Shown: positions 37,652 to 55,659 of the stretch, piece after piece
Layout: each line of letters opens with the position of its first letter
Position numbering within the stretch: position 1 is the first letter of the stretch
Source of the DNA: the human T2T-CHM13v2.0 reference genome, Homo sapiens
NCBI RefSeq assembly: GCF_009914755.1
Contig: NC_060935.1
DNA: 64,000 nt
Reading direction: 5' to 3' (one strand)
Notes under the pieces: generated by a model
What the model saw: the letters and a program-made list of their open reading frames with translations, nothing else
The model's database searches: none
What the model was told of the DNA's origin: nothing
Program-made: the position numbers and the translations under genes

Positions 37652-38674
37652 TTACATTTTGGCATGATTTTGCAGTGGCTGGTACCGGTGGTTCCTTTCC
37701 ATGTTTAGCACTTCCTTCAGGAGCTCTTGTAAAAGGCAGGCCTGGTGGTGACAAAATCTCTCAGCATTTGCTTCTCTGTAAAGGATTTTATTTCTCCTTC
37801 ACTTATGAAGCTAAGTTTGGCTGGATATGAAATTCTGGGTTGAAAATTCTTTTCTTTAAGAATGTTGAATATTGGCCCCCACTCTCTTCTGGCTTGTAGG
37901 GTTTCTGCCGAGAGATCCACTGTTTGTTAGTCTGATGGGCTTCCCTTTGAGAGTAACCTGACCTTTCTCTCTGGCTGCCCTTAACATTTTTTCCTTCATT
38001 TTCACTTTGGTGAATCTGACAATTATGTGTCTTGGAGTTGCTCTTCTCGAGGAGTATCTCTGTGGCATTCTCTGTATTTCCTGAATCTGAACGTTGGCCT
38101 GCCTTGCTAGATTGGGGAAGTTCTCCTGGATAATATCCTGCAGAGTGTTTTCCAACTTGGTTCCATTCTCCCCATCACTTTCAGGTACACCAATCAGACG
38201 TAGATTTCGTCTTTTCACATAGTCCCATATTTCTTGGAGGCTTTGCTCATTTCTTTTTATTCTTTTTTCTCTAGACTTCCCTTCTCCCTTCATTTCATTC
38301 ATTTCATCTTCCATCGCTGATACCCTTTCTTCCAGTTGATTGCATTGGCTCCTGAGGCTTCTGCATTCTTCACGTAGTTCTCAAGCATTGGCTTTCAGCT
38401 CCATCAGCTCCTTTAAGCACTTCCCTGTATTGGTTATTCTAGTTATACATTCTTCTAAATTTTTTTCAAAGTTTTCAACTTCTTTGCCTTTGGTTTGAAT
38501 GTCCTCCTGTAGCTCAGAGTAATTTGATCATCTGAAGCCTTCTTCTCTCAACTCGTCAAAGTCATTCTCCATCCAGCCTTGTTCCATTGCTGGTGAGGAA
38601 CTGCGTTCCTTTGGAGGAGGAGAGGCGCTCTGCTTTTTAGAGTTTCCAGTTTTTCTGTTCTGTTTTTTCCCCAT
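37652..38674 (-). pseudogene. L1 ORF1, disrupted
   Basis: MGKKQNRKTGNSK; SLQEIWDYVKR; ARREWG; split across several ORF fragments. Confidence 0.95.
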
Positions 38675-42491
<3,817 letters not shown>

Positions 42492-42613
42492 ACAATGCTA
42501 ACGCTAGATGACGAGTTAGTGGGTGCAGCGCACCAGCATGGCACATGTATACATGTGTAACTAACTTGCACAATGTGCACATGTAGCCTAAAACTTAAAG
42601 TATAATAATAAAA

Positions 42614-43246
42614 AAAAACTAGAAAGTGGCTTTCTGACAAACTGCTTCATGATGTGTGTATTTGTCTCACAGAGCTAAATCTTCGTTTGTATTCAGAAGT
42701 TTGGAATCACTGTTTCTTTCCATTCTGTGAATGGACATTTAGGAGTGCATCGAGGCCAATGGTAGAAAAGTGAATATCCCAGGATAAAAACTAGAAGGAA
42801 GCTATCTGAGAAATTGCTTTGTGATGTGTGCATTCATCACACAGAATTAAACCTTCCTTTTCATTCAGCAATTTGGAAACCCTGTTTCTTTTGGATCTGT
42901 CAAGGGATATTTGAGATCTCATTAAGCCAAAGGCAAAAAAAAAAAAGACTATTCCAGGATAAAAACTAGCAGGAAGATATCTTAGAAACTGCTTTGTGAT
43001 GTGTGCATTCACCTCACAGAGTTATACCTTTCTTTTCATTCAGTAGTTTGGAAACACTGTTTTTATAGAATCTGCTATGGGATTTTTGAGAGTGCTCTGA
43101 GGTCTATGGTGAAAATAAAATATCTTCAGATAGAAACCAGAAAGAAGTTTCTGAGAAAGTGTTGGTGATGTGTGCATTCATATCACAGAGTTAAAACTTT
43201 CTTTTTATTAAGCAGTTTGGAAAAGCTCTTTTGGTATAATCTGTGA
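42614..43246 (+). repeat. Alpha satellite, divergent
   Basis: Alphoid monomers up to ..TATAATCTGTGA. Confidence 0.96.
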
Positions 43247-43247
43247 T

Positions 43248-46200
43248 GTTTTTATCTTATGATATTCATTTTTTCACCTATGGAATCAATGAGCTCCCAA
43301 CTCTCCCTTCGCTCATCCTTCAACAACAGAGTTTCCAAACTGCTGAATCCAAAGACAGGTTTAACTCTGTAAGATGAATGCACACGTCATAAAGAAGTTT
43401 CTCAGAAAGTTTATTTCTTGTTTTTATCTGAAGATATTTCCTTTTGGAACATAAGCCTCAATGTTCTCCCAAATATCCGTTGGCAGATTCTACAACAGTG
43501 TTTCCAAACTGCTCAATCCAAAGAAAGGTTTATATTTGAGAGATGAATGCACACATCACAAAGCAGTTTCTCAGAAAGCTTCATTCTAGTTTTTATCTGA
43601 AGATGTTTCCCTTTTCACCACAGGCCTCAATGTGCTCTCAAATATCCCTTCACAGATTAAAAAAAAACACAGTTTCCAAACTGCTGAATGAAAACAACGT
43701 TTTAACTCTGTGAGATGAATGCACACATCACAAAGAGTTTTCTCAGATAGCTTCCTTCTAGTTTTTATCCTGGGATATATGATTCTTTGCCATTGGCCTC
43801 AATGAGCTCCCAAATATCCATTCGCAGATTGGACAAAAACAGTGTTTCTAAACTGCTGAATCCAAAGAAAGTTTTATCTCGGTAAAATGAATGCACACAT
43901 CACAAAGCAGTTTCTCTAAAAGCTTCTTTCTAGTTTTATCTGAAGATATTTCCTTTTTTACCTTAGTCCTCAATACGCTCACAAATATCCTTTTGAGGTT
44001 TCTACCAAAGCAGTTTCCAAACTGCTGAATGAAGTAAAAGGTTTAACCCTACGAGGTGAATGTAGGGTTAAAGTTTTTCACTTTTTCACCTAGGGACCCA
44101 ATGAGCAATCTAATATCCATTCACTGATTCTTCAAAAACTGTGTTTACAAACAATGGAATACAAAGAAAGGTTTAATTCAGTGAGTCAAAGGCACACAAC
44201 CAGAAGTACTTTCTCTGAAAGTTTTTTTGAGTTTTTATCTGAAGACTTTTCCTTTTTCCCCTTAGGCCTCAATGAGCTCCCAAAAATCTCTTGGCAGATT
44301 CTACAAAACAGTTTTTCCAAACTGCTGAATGAAAAGAAAGGTTTAACTCTGCGAGGTGAATGCCCACATCACAAAGCAGTTTCTCAGATAGCTTCCTTCT
44401 AGTTTTTACCCTGGGATATTCCCTTTTTCACTTTTGGCCTCAATGAGCACCAAAATACCCCCTTGCAGTTTCTACTAAAACAGTGTTTCTGAATTGGTGA
44501 ATCCAAAGAAATATTTATCTCTGTGAGATGAATGCACACATCACAAAGCAGTTTCTCAGAAAGCTTCTTGCTTGTTGTTATCTGAAGATATTTCCTTTTT
44601 CACCATTGTCCTAATGCTCTCCCAAATACTGCTTCACAGATTCTACCAAAACAGTGTTTGCAAACAGCTGAATGAAAATAAAGGTTTAACTCTGTGAGAT
44701 GTACGCATACATCACTAAGAGGTTTCTCAAATAGCTTCCTTCCAGTTTTTATCCTGGGGTGTTCAAGTTTTCACCAGTGGCCTCAATGAGCTATCAAATA
44801 TCCCTTCACAAATTCTACAAAGCAGTGTTTCTAAACTGCTGAATCACAAGAAAGTTTTAACTATGTGAGAATAATGTACACATCACAAAGCAGTTTCTCA
44901 GAAAGCTTCTTTCTAGTCAGTATCCAAAGATATTTCCTTTTTCAGCATAGGATTCCATGCAATCACAGATATCCCTTCACAGATTATACAAAAACATGGT
45001 CTCCAAACTGCTGAATAAAAGGTTTAACTCTGTGAGATGAATGGACACATCTCAAAGCGGTTTGTAAGATAACTTCCTTCTAATTTTTATCCTGGGATAT
45101 AGGCTTTTTCACCTATGGCCTCAATGAGCTTTCAAATATCCCTTCACAGATTCTATCAAAACAGTGTTTCCAAACTACTGAATGAAAAGAAAGTTTTAAC
45201 ACTGTGAGATGAATGAGCACATCACAATGCTGTTTCTCAGATAGTTTCCTTCTAGTTTTTATCCTGGGATATTTGCTTTTTCACCATTGGCCTCAAAGAG
45301 CTCCCAAATGTCCATTCACAGAATGGACAAAAACAGTTTCTCCAAACGGCTGAAACCAAACAAAGTTTTAGCACTGTGAGATAAATGCACACACCACAAA
45401 GCATTTTCTCAGAAAGCTTCTTTCTTCTTTTTGTCAGAATATGTTTCCTTTTTCATCATAGGACTCAATGCACTCCCAAATATCTCTTTGCAGATTCTAC
45501 AAAAGCAGTGATTCCAAACTGCTGAATGAAAAGCAATGCTTAACTCTGCGATGAATGCACTCATTACAAAACGGTTTCTCAGATAGCTTCCTTCTAGTTT
45601 TCATCTTGGGATATTCACTTTTCTCTTTGACCTCAATGAGCTCCCAAATATACCTTGACAGATTCTACAAAAACAGTGTTTCCAAACAGCTGAATCCAAA
45701 GAAAGTTTTAACTCTGTGACATGAGTGCACACATAACAAAGCAGTTCCTCAGAAAGATTTTTTCTAGATTTTATTTGGAGATATTTCCTTTTTCACCACT
45801 GGCCTCAGTGCGCTCCCAAACATACCTTCACAGATTATAACAAAACAGTGTTTCCAAACTGCTGAATGAAAAGAAAGTTTAAGCTCTTTGAGATGAATGC
45901 ACACACCACAAAGTAGCTTCTCAGATAGCTTCTTTCTAGTTTTTATTCTGTGATATTCACTTTTTAGTTTTGGCCTCAATGAGCTATCAAATATGCTTTT
46001 GCAGTTTGTACAAAAACAGTTTTTCCAATCTGCTGAACTCCAAGAAAGTTTTAACTCCGTGAGATGAATGTACACATCACAAAGCAGTTTCTGAGAAAGT
46101 TTCTTTTTAGTATTTATCTGAAGATATTTCCTTTTCCACCATAGGCCTCCATGGGCTCCCAAATATTCCCTCACAGATTCTACCAAAACAGTGTTTCCAA

Positions 46201-49200
46201 ACTGCTGAATTGGAAAGAAAGTTTTAATTCTGTGAAATGATTGCACACATCTCAAAGTGGTTTCTCAGATAGCTTCCTACTAGTTTTTATGCTGTGATAT
46301 TCACCTTTTTGCCTTTGGCATCAATAAATTATAAAACATCCCTTTGAAGAGTCTACATAAACAGTATAGCCAAACTGCTGAATTTAAAGAAAGGTTTAAT
46401 TCTGTGCAATGAATGCACTCATCACAAAGCAGTTTCTCAGATAGCTTCCTTCTAGTTTTTCTCCTGGAATATTTGCTGTTTTGCCATTGGCCTCAATGTG
46501 TTCCCAAATATCCATTCACAGAATTGACAAAAACAGTGTTTCCATTCTCCAGAATGAAAAGAAAGCGTACCTCTGGGATATGAATGGACACATCACACAG
46601 TGGATTCCCAGATAGCTTCCTTCTAGTTTTTATCTTGGGATATTTGCTTTGTCTCCTATGGCCTCAATGAACTCCCAAATATTCCTTCGCAGATTCTACA
46701 ACTACAGTGTTTCCAAATTGCTGAATCCAAAGAAAGGTTTAACACTGTGAGATGAATGCACACATCAAAAAGCATTTTCTCAGAAGGCTTCTTTCTAGTT
46801 TTATCTGAAGATATTTCCTTTTTCACCATTGTCCTCAATGCACTTGCTAATATACCTTCGCAGATTCTACAAAAACAGTGTTTCCAAACTGCTGAATGAA
46901 AAGACAGGTTTAACTCTGCAAGATGAATGCACACTTCACAAAGCAGTTTCTCAGATAACTTCCGTCTAGTTTTCTGGGATATTCTCCTTTTTGCTACTGG
47001 CAGCAAAGAACTCAGAAATGTTCCTTCACAGATTCTACAAAAACAGTGTTTCCATATTGCTGAATCCCAAGAAAAGTTTAACTCAGTGAGATGAATGCAT
47101 GCATCAAAAAGTGGTTTCTCCGTTAGCTTACTTCTAATTTTTATCCTGGGATACTCACTTTTCCCCCTATGGCCTAAAGTCACTTCCAAATATTCCTTCA
47201 CAGATTCTACAAAAACAGTGTTTCCAAACTGCTCAATCCAAACCAAGGTTTTTCTTTGTGAGATGAATGCACACATCACAAAGCAGTTTCTGACAAATCT
47301 TCTTTCTAGTTTTTATCTGAAGATATTTCCTTTTTCACCATAGGCCTCAATGAGCTCCCAAATATCCCCTCACATATTCTACAAAAACAGTGTTTCCAAA
47401 CTGATGAATGAAAAGAATTTTTCTCTGTGAGATGAATGTACACATCACAAAGTGGTTTCTCAGATGGCTTCCTTCTGGTTTTTATCATGGGGTATTCACT
47501 CTTTGCAATTGGCCTGAATGAGCTCCCAAATGTCCATTCACAGAATTGACAAAAGAGATTATTTCTGAAGAGCTGAATGCAAAGAAATTTTTAACTCTGT
47601 GAGATGAAGGCACACATCACAAGGCAGTTTCTCAGAGAGCTTCTTTCAAATATTTATCTGAAGATATTTCCTTTTTCACCATAGACCACAAAGCGCTCCC
47701 AAATATCCCTTTACACTTTCTACATAAATAAAGTTTCCATACTGCTGAAAGAAAAGAAAGGTTAACTTGGTGAGAAGAATGCACACATCACAAAGCAGTT
47801 TATCAGTAAGCTTTTTTGTAGTTTTCATATAAAGGAATTTCCTTTTCACCAGAGACCTCAAAGCACTCCCCAGTATCTCTTAAAAGATTTTACCAAAACA
47901 GGGCTTCCAAACTGCTGAATGAAAAGAAATGTTTAACTCTGTGAGATGACTGCATACATCACAAAGCAGTTTCTCAGATAGGTTCCTTCCAGTTTTTATC
48001 TTGGGACATTCACTTTTTCACCTTTGGCCTCAATGAGATCTCAAACGTCCATTAACAGAATGGACAAAAACAGTGCTTCCAAACTGCTGAATCTGAAAAA
48101 AGGTTTACCTCTGTGAGATGAATGCACACATCACAAAGCAGTTTCTTAGAAACTTTCTTTCTAGTTTTATCTGAAGATATTTCCTTTTTCATAAAAGACC
48201 TCAATGTGCTGCCAAATACCTTTTTGCAGATTCTACAAAAACAGTGTTTCCAAACTGCTTTATGAAAAGAAAGGTTAACTCTGGGAGCTGAATGCAACAC
48301 TTAATAAGGCAGTTTCCCTGATAGCCTCCTTCTAGTTTTTATCCTGGGATAGTCACTTTTTTGCCTATGGCCTCAATGAGCTATGTAATATCCCTTGACA
48401 GATTCTACTAAAACAGCCTTTCCAAACTGCTGTATCCAAGGAAAAGTTTAACTCTGTGAGACAAACACACACAACACAAAGCACTTTCACTGAAAGATTC
48501 TATCTTGTTTTAGCTGAAAATATTTCCTTTTTCAGCATAGGCCTCAATGCACTCCTAAATATCCCTTCACAGACACTACAAACACAGTGTTTCCAAACAG
48601 CTAAATGAAAAGTTTATATCAGCAAGATGAATGCACCCATCATGATGAAGTTTCTCAGATAGCTTCCTTCCGGTTTTTAATTCAGCAATATTTACTTTTT
48701 CGCATTTCACCTCAGTTAGCTCCCAAATATCCCTTCGCAGATTCTCCAAAAACACTGTTTCCAAACGAGTGAATCCAAAGAAAGTTTTATCTCTCTGAGA
48801 TGTATGCATACTTCACAAAGCAGTTTCTCAGAAAGCTTTTTTTCTAGTTTTCATCTGAAGATATTTACTTTTTCACCATAGGACTCAGTGCCCTCCCAAA
48901 TATCCCTTCACAGATTCTACCAAAACAGTGTTTCCAAACTGCTGAATGAAAAAGAAAGGTTTAGCTCTGTGAGATGAATGCACACAACACAAAGAAGTTT
49001 CTCAGATAGCTTTCTTTTTGTTTTTATCTTAGGATATTCACTTTTTTGTCTCTGGCCTCAATGAGCTCCAAAATGTCCATTTGCAGAATGGACAAAAAAA
49101 GCAATCCAAACTGCTCAATCCAAAGAAAGTTTTAACTCTGTGAGATGAATACTCAAATCACTAAGCAGTTTCTCAGAATGCTTTTTTATGGTTTTTATCT

Positions 49201-49621
49201 GAAGATATTTCCTTTTTCACCATATGCCTCGATGCATTCCCAAATATCTCTTAGCAGATTCTACAAAACAGTGTCTTCAAACTGATGAGTGAAAAGAAAG
49301 GTTTAACTCTGTGAGATGAATGCACACATCACAGAGTCATTTCTCAGATAGCCTCCTTCTAGTTCTTATCTTTGGATATTCACTTTTTCACCTATGATTT
49401 CAACAAGGTATCAAATATCCCTTGGCAGATTCTACAAAAACAGTGTTCCCAAACTGCTGAATGAAAAGAAAGGTTTAGGTCTTTGAGATGAATACACACA
49501 TCATAAAGCAGTTTCCCAGATAGCTTCCTTCTAACATTTATCCTGAGATATTCTCCTTTTCGCCTAAGGCCTTAATGCACTATTTTATATCTCTTCACAG
49601 GTTATATAAAAACATTGTTTC
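43248..49621 (-). repeat. Alpha satellite, divergent, reverse orientation
   Basis: Reverse-complement monomers starting at GTTTTTATCTTATGATATTC. Confidence 0.97.
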
Positions 49622-50650
49622 TGGGTGGAGCCAAGAAGGTCGAATGGGAAGAGCTCCAGTCCACAGCTCCCACCATGAGTGATGCAGAGGACGGGAGATT
49701 TCTGCAGTTCCAACTGAGGTACTGGGATCATCTCACTGGGGATTGTCGGACTGTTGGTGCAGGACAGTGGGTGCAGTGCAACGAGCATGAGCCGAAGCAG
49801 GGCAAGGCATCTCCTCACCTGGGAAGCACAAGGGGTCAGGGAATTCCCTTTCCAAGTCAAAGAAAGGAGTGAAAGATGGCACCAGAAAAATTGGGTCACT
49901 CTCACCCTAATACTGTACATTTCCAATGGTCTTAGCAAACGGCACACCAGGAGATTATATTCTGTGCATGGCTTGGAGGGTCCTATGCCCACAGAGCCTC
50001 ACTCATTGCTAGCACAGCAGTCTGAGATCAAACTGCAAGGCGACAGCAAGGCTGGGTGAGGGGTGCCCGCAATTGCTGAGGCTTGAGTAGGTAAACAAAG
50101 CGGCCAGGAAGCTCAAACGGGGTGGAGCCCACCACAGCTCAAGAAGGCCTTCCTGTCTCTGTAGACTACACCTCTTGGGGCAGGGCATAGGCAAACAAAA
50201 GGCAGCAGAAACCTCTGCAGACTTAAATGTTCCTGTGTGACAGCTTCAAAGAGAGTAGTGGTTCTCCCAGCACACACCTTGAGATCTAAGAATGCACACA
50301 CACTGCCTCTTCAAGTAGGCCCCTAACACCCGAGTAGCCTATGTGGGAGGCACCCCCCAGTAAGGGCAGACTGACACCTCACATGGCAGGGTACAGCTCT
50401 GTGACAAAACTTCCAGAGGAAAAATCAGGCAGCAATATTTGCGGTTCACCAATATTAGCTGTTCTGCAGCCTCTGCGGCTGATACCCAGGTAAACTTGGT
50501 CCGGAGTGGACCTCCAGCAAACTCCAACACACATGCAGCTGAGGGTCCTGACTGTTAGAAGGAAAACAAACAAATAGAAAGGACATCCACACCAAATCCC
50601 CATCTGTATGTCACCATCATCAAAGACCAAAGGTAGATAAAACCACAAAG

Positions 50651-51671
50651 ATGGGGGAAAAAGCAGAGCAGAAAAACGGAAACTCTAAAAATCAGAGTAC
50701 CTCTCCTCGTCCAAAGGAACACAGTTCCTCACCAGCAACAGAATAAATCCGGATGGAGAATGCCTTTGACGAGTTGACAGAAGAAGTCTTCAGATGATCA
50801 AGCTACTCTGAGCTACAGGAGGAAGTTCGAACCCATGGCAAAGAAGTTAAAAACCTTGAAAAAAGATTAGTCAAATGGCTGGCTAACTAGAATAACCAAT
50901 GCAGAGAAGTCCTTAAAGGACCTAATGGAGCTGAAAACTATAGCAAGAAAACTACTAGATGAATGCACAAGCCTCAGTAGCTGATACAATCAACTGGAAG
51001 AAAGGGTATCAGTCCTGGAAGATCAAATGAATGAAATGAAGCGTGAAGAGAAGTTTAGAGAAAAAAGAATAAAAAGAAATGAACAAAGCCTCCAAGAAAT
51101 ATGGGACTATGTGAAAAGACCAAATCTACGTCTGATTTGTGTAAGTGAAAGGGATGGGGAGAATGGAACCAAGTTGGAAAACACTCTGCAGGATATTATC
51201 CAGGAGAACTTCCCCAATCTAGCAAGTCAGGCCAACATTCAAATTAAGGAAAATCAGAGAGTGCCAAGAAGATACTCCTTGAGAAGAGCAACTCCAAGAC
51301 ACATAATTCTCAGATTCACCAAAGTTGAAATGAAAGAGAAAATGTTAAGGGCAGCCAGAGAGAAATGTCGGGTTACCCACAAAGGGAAGCCAATCAGACT
51401 AACAACTGATCTCTCGGCAGAAACTCTACAAGCCAGAAGAGAGTGGGGGCCAATATTCAACATTCTTAAAGGAAAGAAATTTCAACCCAGAATTTCATTT
51501 CTGGGCAAACTAAGCTTCACAAGTGAAGGAGAAATAAAATCCTTTACAGCCAAGCAAATGCTGAGACACTTTGTCACCACCAGGCCTGCCCTAAAAGAGC
51601 TCCTGAAGGAAGCACTAAACATGTAAAGGAACAGTCAGTATCACCCACTTCAAAAATATACCAAATTGTAA
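50651..51671 (+). pseudogene. L1 ORF1, disrupted
   Basis: ATGGGGGAAAAAAGCAG start; 199-aa fragment with SLQEIWDYVKRPNL and ARREWG; frameshifts and stops. Confidence 0.93.
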
Positions 51672-51734
51672 AGACCATCGAGGATAGGAAGAATCTGCAT
51701 CAACTAATGAGCAAAATTGCCAGCTAACATCTTA

Positions 51735-54700
51735 ATGACAGGATCTAATTAACACATAACAATATTAACCTTAAATGTCAATGGGCTAAATGCTCCAATT
51801 AAAAGACACAGACTGGCAAATTGGATAAAGAGTCAAGACCCATCAGTGTGTTGTATTCAGGAAAACCATCTCATGTGCAGAGACATACATAGGCTCAAAA
51901 TAAAGGGATGGAGGAAGATCTACCAAGCAAACGGAAAATAGAAAAAGGCAGGGGTTGCAATCCTAGTCTCTGATAAAACAGACTTTAAACCAACAAAGAT
52001 CAAAAGAGACAAAGAAGGCCATTACATAATGGTAAAGAGATCAATTCAACAAAAAGAGCTAACTATCCTAAATATACATGCACCGAAAACAAGAGCACAC
52101 AGATTCATAAAGCAAGTACTTAGAGAATTACAAAGAGACTTAGACTCCCACACAATAATAACGGGAGACTTTAACACCCCACTCTCAACATTGGACAGAT
52201 CAACGAGACAGAAAGTTAACAAGGATACCCAGGAATTGAACTCATCTCTGAACCAAGCGGACCTAATAGACATCTACAGAACTCTCCAGCTCAAGTCAAC
52301 TGAATATATGTTCTTTTCAGCATCACACCACACCTATTCCAAAATTGACCACATAGTTGGAAGTAAAGCACTCCTCAGCAAAGGTAAAAGAACAGAAATT
52401 ATAACAAACTGTGTCTCAGACCACAGTGCAATCAAACTAGAACTCAGGATTAAGAAACTCACTCAAAACTGCTCAATGACATGGAAACTGAACAACCTGC
52501 TCCTGAATGACTACTGGGTATATAACGAAATGAAGGCAGAAATAAAGATGTTCTTTGAAACCAATGAGAACAAAGACACAACATACCAGAATCTCTGGGA
52601 CACATTCAAAGCAGTGTGTAGAGGGAAATTTATAGTACTAAATGCCCACAAGAGAAAACAGGAAAGATCTAATATTGACAGCCTAACATCACAAATAAAA
52701 GAACTAGAGAAGCAAGAGCAAACACCTTCCAAAGCTATCAGAAAGCAAGAAATAACTAAGATCAGAGCAGAACTGAAGGAAATAGAGACACAAAAAACCC
52801 TTCAAAGAGTCATTGAATCCAGGAGCTGGTTTTTTGAAAAGATCAAGAAAATTGATAGACCGCTAGGAAGACTAAAAAAGAAGAAAAGAGAGAAGAATCA
52901 AATAGACGCAATAAAAAATGATAAAGGGGATATCACCAACAATCCCACAGAAACACAAACTACAATCAGAGAATAGTCTAAATGCCTCTGTGCAAATAAA
53001 CTAGAAAATCTAGAAGAAATGGATAAATTCCTCGACACATATGCACTCCCAAGACTAAACCAAGAAGAAGTTCAATCTCTGAATAGACCAATAACGGGCT
53101 CTGAAATTGAGGCAATAATTAATAGCTTACCAACCAAATAAAGTCCAGGACCAGACTGATTCACAGCCGAATTTTTGCAGAGGTACAAAGAGGAGCTGGT
53201 ACCATTCCTTCTGAAACTATTCCAATCAATATAAGAAGAAGGAATCCTCCCGAACTCATTTTATGAGCCCAGCATCATCCTGATACTGAAGGCTGGCAGA
53301 GACACAATCAAAAAAAGAGAATTTTACACCAATATCCCTGATGAACATCGATGCAAAAATCATCAGTAAAATACTGGCAAACCGAATCCAGCAGCACATC
53401 AAAAATCTTATTCACCATGATCAATTGGGCTCTGTCCCCGGGATGCAAGGCTGGTTCAACATATGCAAATCAATAAATATAATCCAGCATATAAACAGAA
53501 CAAATGACAAAAACCACATGACGATCTTAATAGATGCTGAAAAGGCATTTGACAAAATTCAACAGCCCTTCATGCTAAAAACTCTCAATAAATTAGGTAT
53601 TGATGGGACGTATCTCAAAATAATAATAGCTATTTATGACAAACCCACAGCCAATATCATACTGAATGTGCAAAAACTGGAAGCATTCCCTTTGAAAACT
53701 GGCACAAGACAGGGATGCCCTCTCTCACCACTCCTGTTCAACACAGTGTTGGAAGTTCTGGCCACGGCAAACTGGCAGAAGAAGGAAAGAACGGGTATTC
53801 AATTAAGAAAGGAGGAAGTAAAATTGTCCCTGTTTGCAGATGACATGATTGTATATCTAGAAAAGCCCATTGTCTCAGCCCAAAATCTCCTTAAGCTGAT
53901 AGGCAACTTCAGTATCTCAGGTTACTTCAACTTCAACTTCAAAATCTCAGGATACAGAATCAATGTGCAAAAATCACAGGCATTCTTATACACCAATAAC
54001 AGATAAAGAGAGAGCCAAATCATGAGTGAACTCTCATTCACAATTGCTTCAAAGGAATAAAATATCAAGGAATCCAACTTACAAGGGATGTGAAGGACCT
54101 CTTCAAGGACAACTACAACCAAATGCTCAATGAAATAAAAGAGAATACAAACAAATGGAAGAACATTCCATGCTCATGGGTAGGAAGAATCAATATAATG
54201 AAAATGGCCTTACTGTCCAAGTTAATTTATAGACTCAATGCCAGCCTCATCAAGCTACCAATGACTTTCTTCACAGAATTGGAAAAACTACTTTAAAATT
54301 CATATGGAACCAAAAAAGAGCCCGCATTCCCAAGTCAATCCTTAGCGAAAAGAAAAAAGCTGGAGGCATCACGCTACCTGACTTCAAACTATACTACAAG
54401 GCTACAGTAACAATAACAGCATGGTACTGGTATCAAAACGGAGATATAGACCAATCGAATAGAACAGAGCCCTCAGAAATAGTGCCACATGTCTACAACT
54501 AGCTAGTATTTGACAAACTGACAAAAACAAGAAATGGGGAAAGGATTCCCTATTTAATAAATGGTGCTGGGATAACTGGCTAGCCATATGGAAAAAACTG
54601 AAACTGGATCCCTTCCTTATACCTTAAAGGAAAATTAATTACAGATGGATTAATGACTTAAATTTTAGACCTAAAACCATAAAAACCCTAGAAGAAAACC

Positions 54701-55580
54701 TAGGCAATAGCATTCGGGACATAGGCGTGGGCAAGGACTTCATGTCTAAAACGCCAAAAGCAATGGCAACAAAACCAAAATTGACAAATGGGATCTAATT
54801 AAACTAAAGAGCTTCTGCACAGCAAAAGAAACTACCATCTGAGTGAACAGGCAACCTAGAGAATGGGAGAAAATTTTTGCAACCTGCTCATCTGACGAAG
54901 GGCTAATATCCAGAATCTACAATGAACCCAAACAATTTGACAAGGAAAAACCAAACAACCCCATCAACAAGTGAGTGAAGGATATGAACAGACACTTCTC
55001 AAAAGAAGACATTTTTGCAGCCAAAAGACACATGAAAAAATGCCCATCATCACTGGCCATCAGAGAAATACAAATCAAAACCAGAATGAAATTCCATCTC
55101 ACACCATTTAGAATGGTGATCATTAAAAAGGAAACAACAGATGCTGGAGAGGATGTGGAGAAATAGGAACACTTTTACACTGTTGGTGGGACTGTAAACT
55201 AGTTCAACCATTGTGGAAGTCACTGTGGCGATTCCTCAGGGATCTAGAACTAGAAATACCATTTGGCCCAACCATCCCATTACTGGGTATATACCCAAAG
55301 GATTATAAGTCATGCTGCTGTGAAGACAGATGCACACGTATGTTTGTTCTGGCACTATTCACAATAGCAGACTTGGAACCAACCCAAATGTCCATCAAAG
55401 ATAGAGTGGATTAAGAAAATGTGTCACATATACACCATGAAATACTATGCAGCCATAAAAAATGATGAGTTCATGTTCTTTGTAGGGACATGGATGAAGC
55501 TGGAAACCATCATTCTCAGCAAACTATCACAAGGACAAAAAACGAAGCACCACATATTCTCACTCATTGGTGGGAATTGA
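51735..55580 (+). pseudogene. L1 ORF2, disrupted
   Basis: [29 protein letters not shown]; many stops and frameshifts. Confidence 0.95.
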
Positions 55581-55659
55581 ACAATGAAAACACGTGTACA
55601 CAGAAGGAGAACATCACACACTAGAGCCTGTTGTGGGGTTTCGGAATGAAACCCTACAG

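Larger units (their letters stand above)
49622..55639 (+). mobile_element. Near full-length LINE-1 (L1PA4/L1PA5-like); distal 3'UTR, poly(A) and right TSD lost
   Basis: Starts GGGTGGAGCCAAGA after an AAAAACATTGTTTC target. The 5'UTR keeps the ~129-bp segment (50393-50520). ORF1 and ORF2 remnants. Ends at GCCTGTTGTGGGGT. Confidence 0.95.

Noticed and set aside
49585-50648. Several short ORFs on both strands of the second L1 5'UTR
   Set aside because: These are chance or decayed ORF0-region frames in GC-rich UTR. The ORF0 start is mutated (GCAATT).
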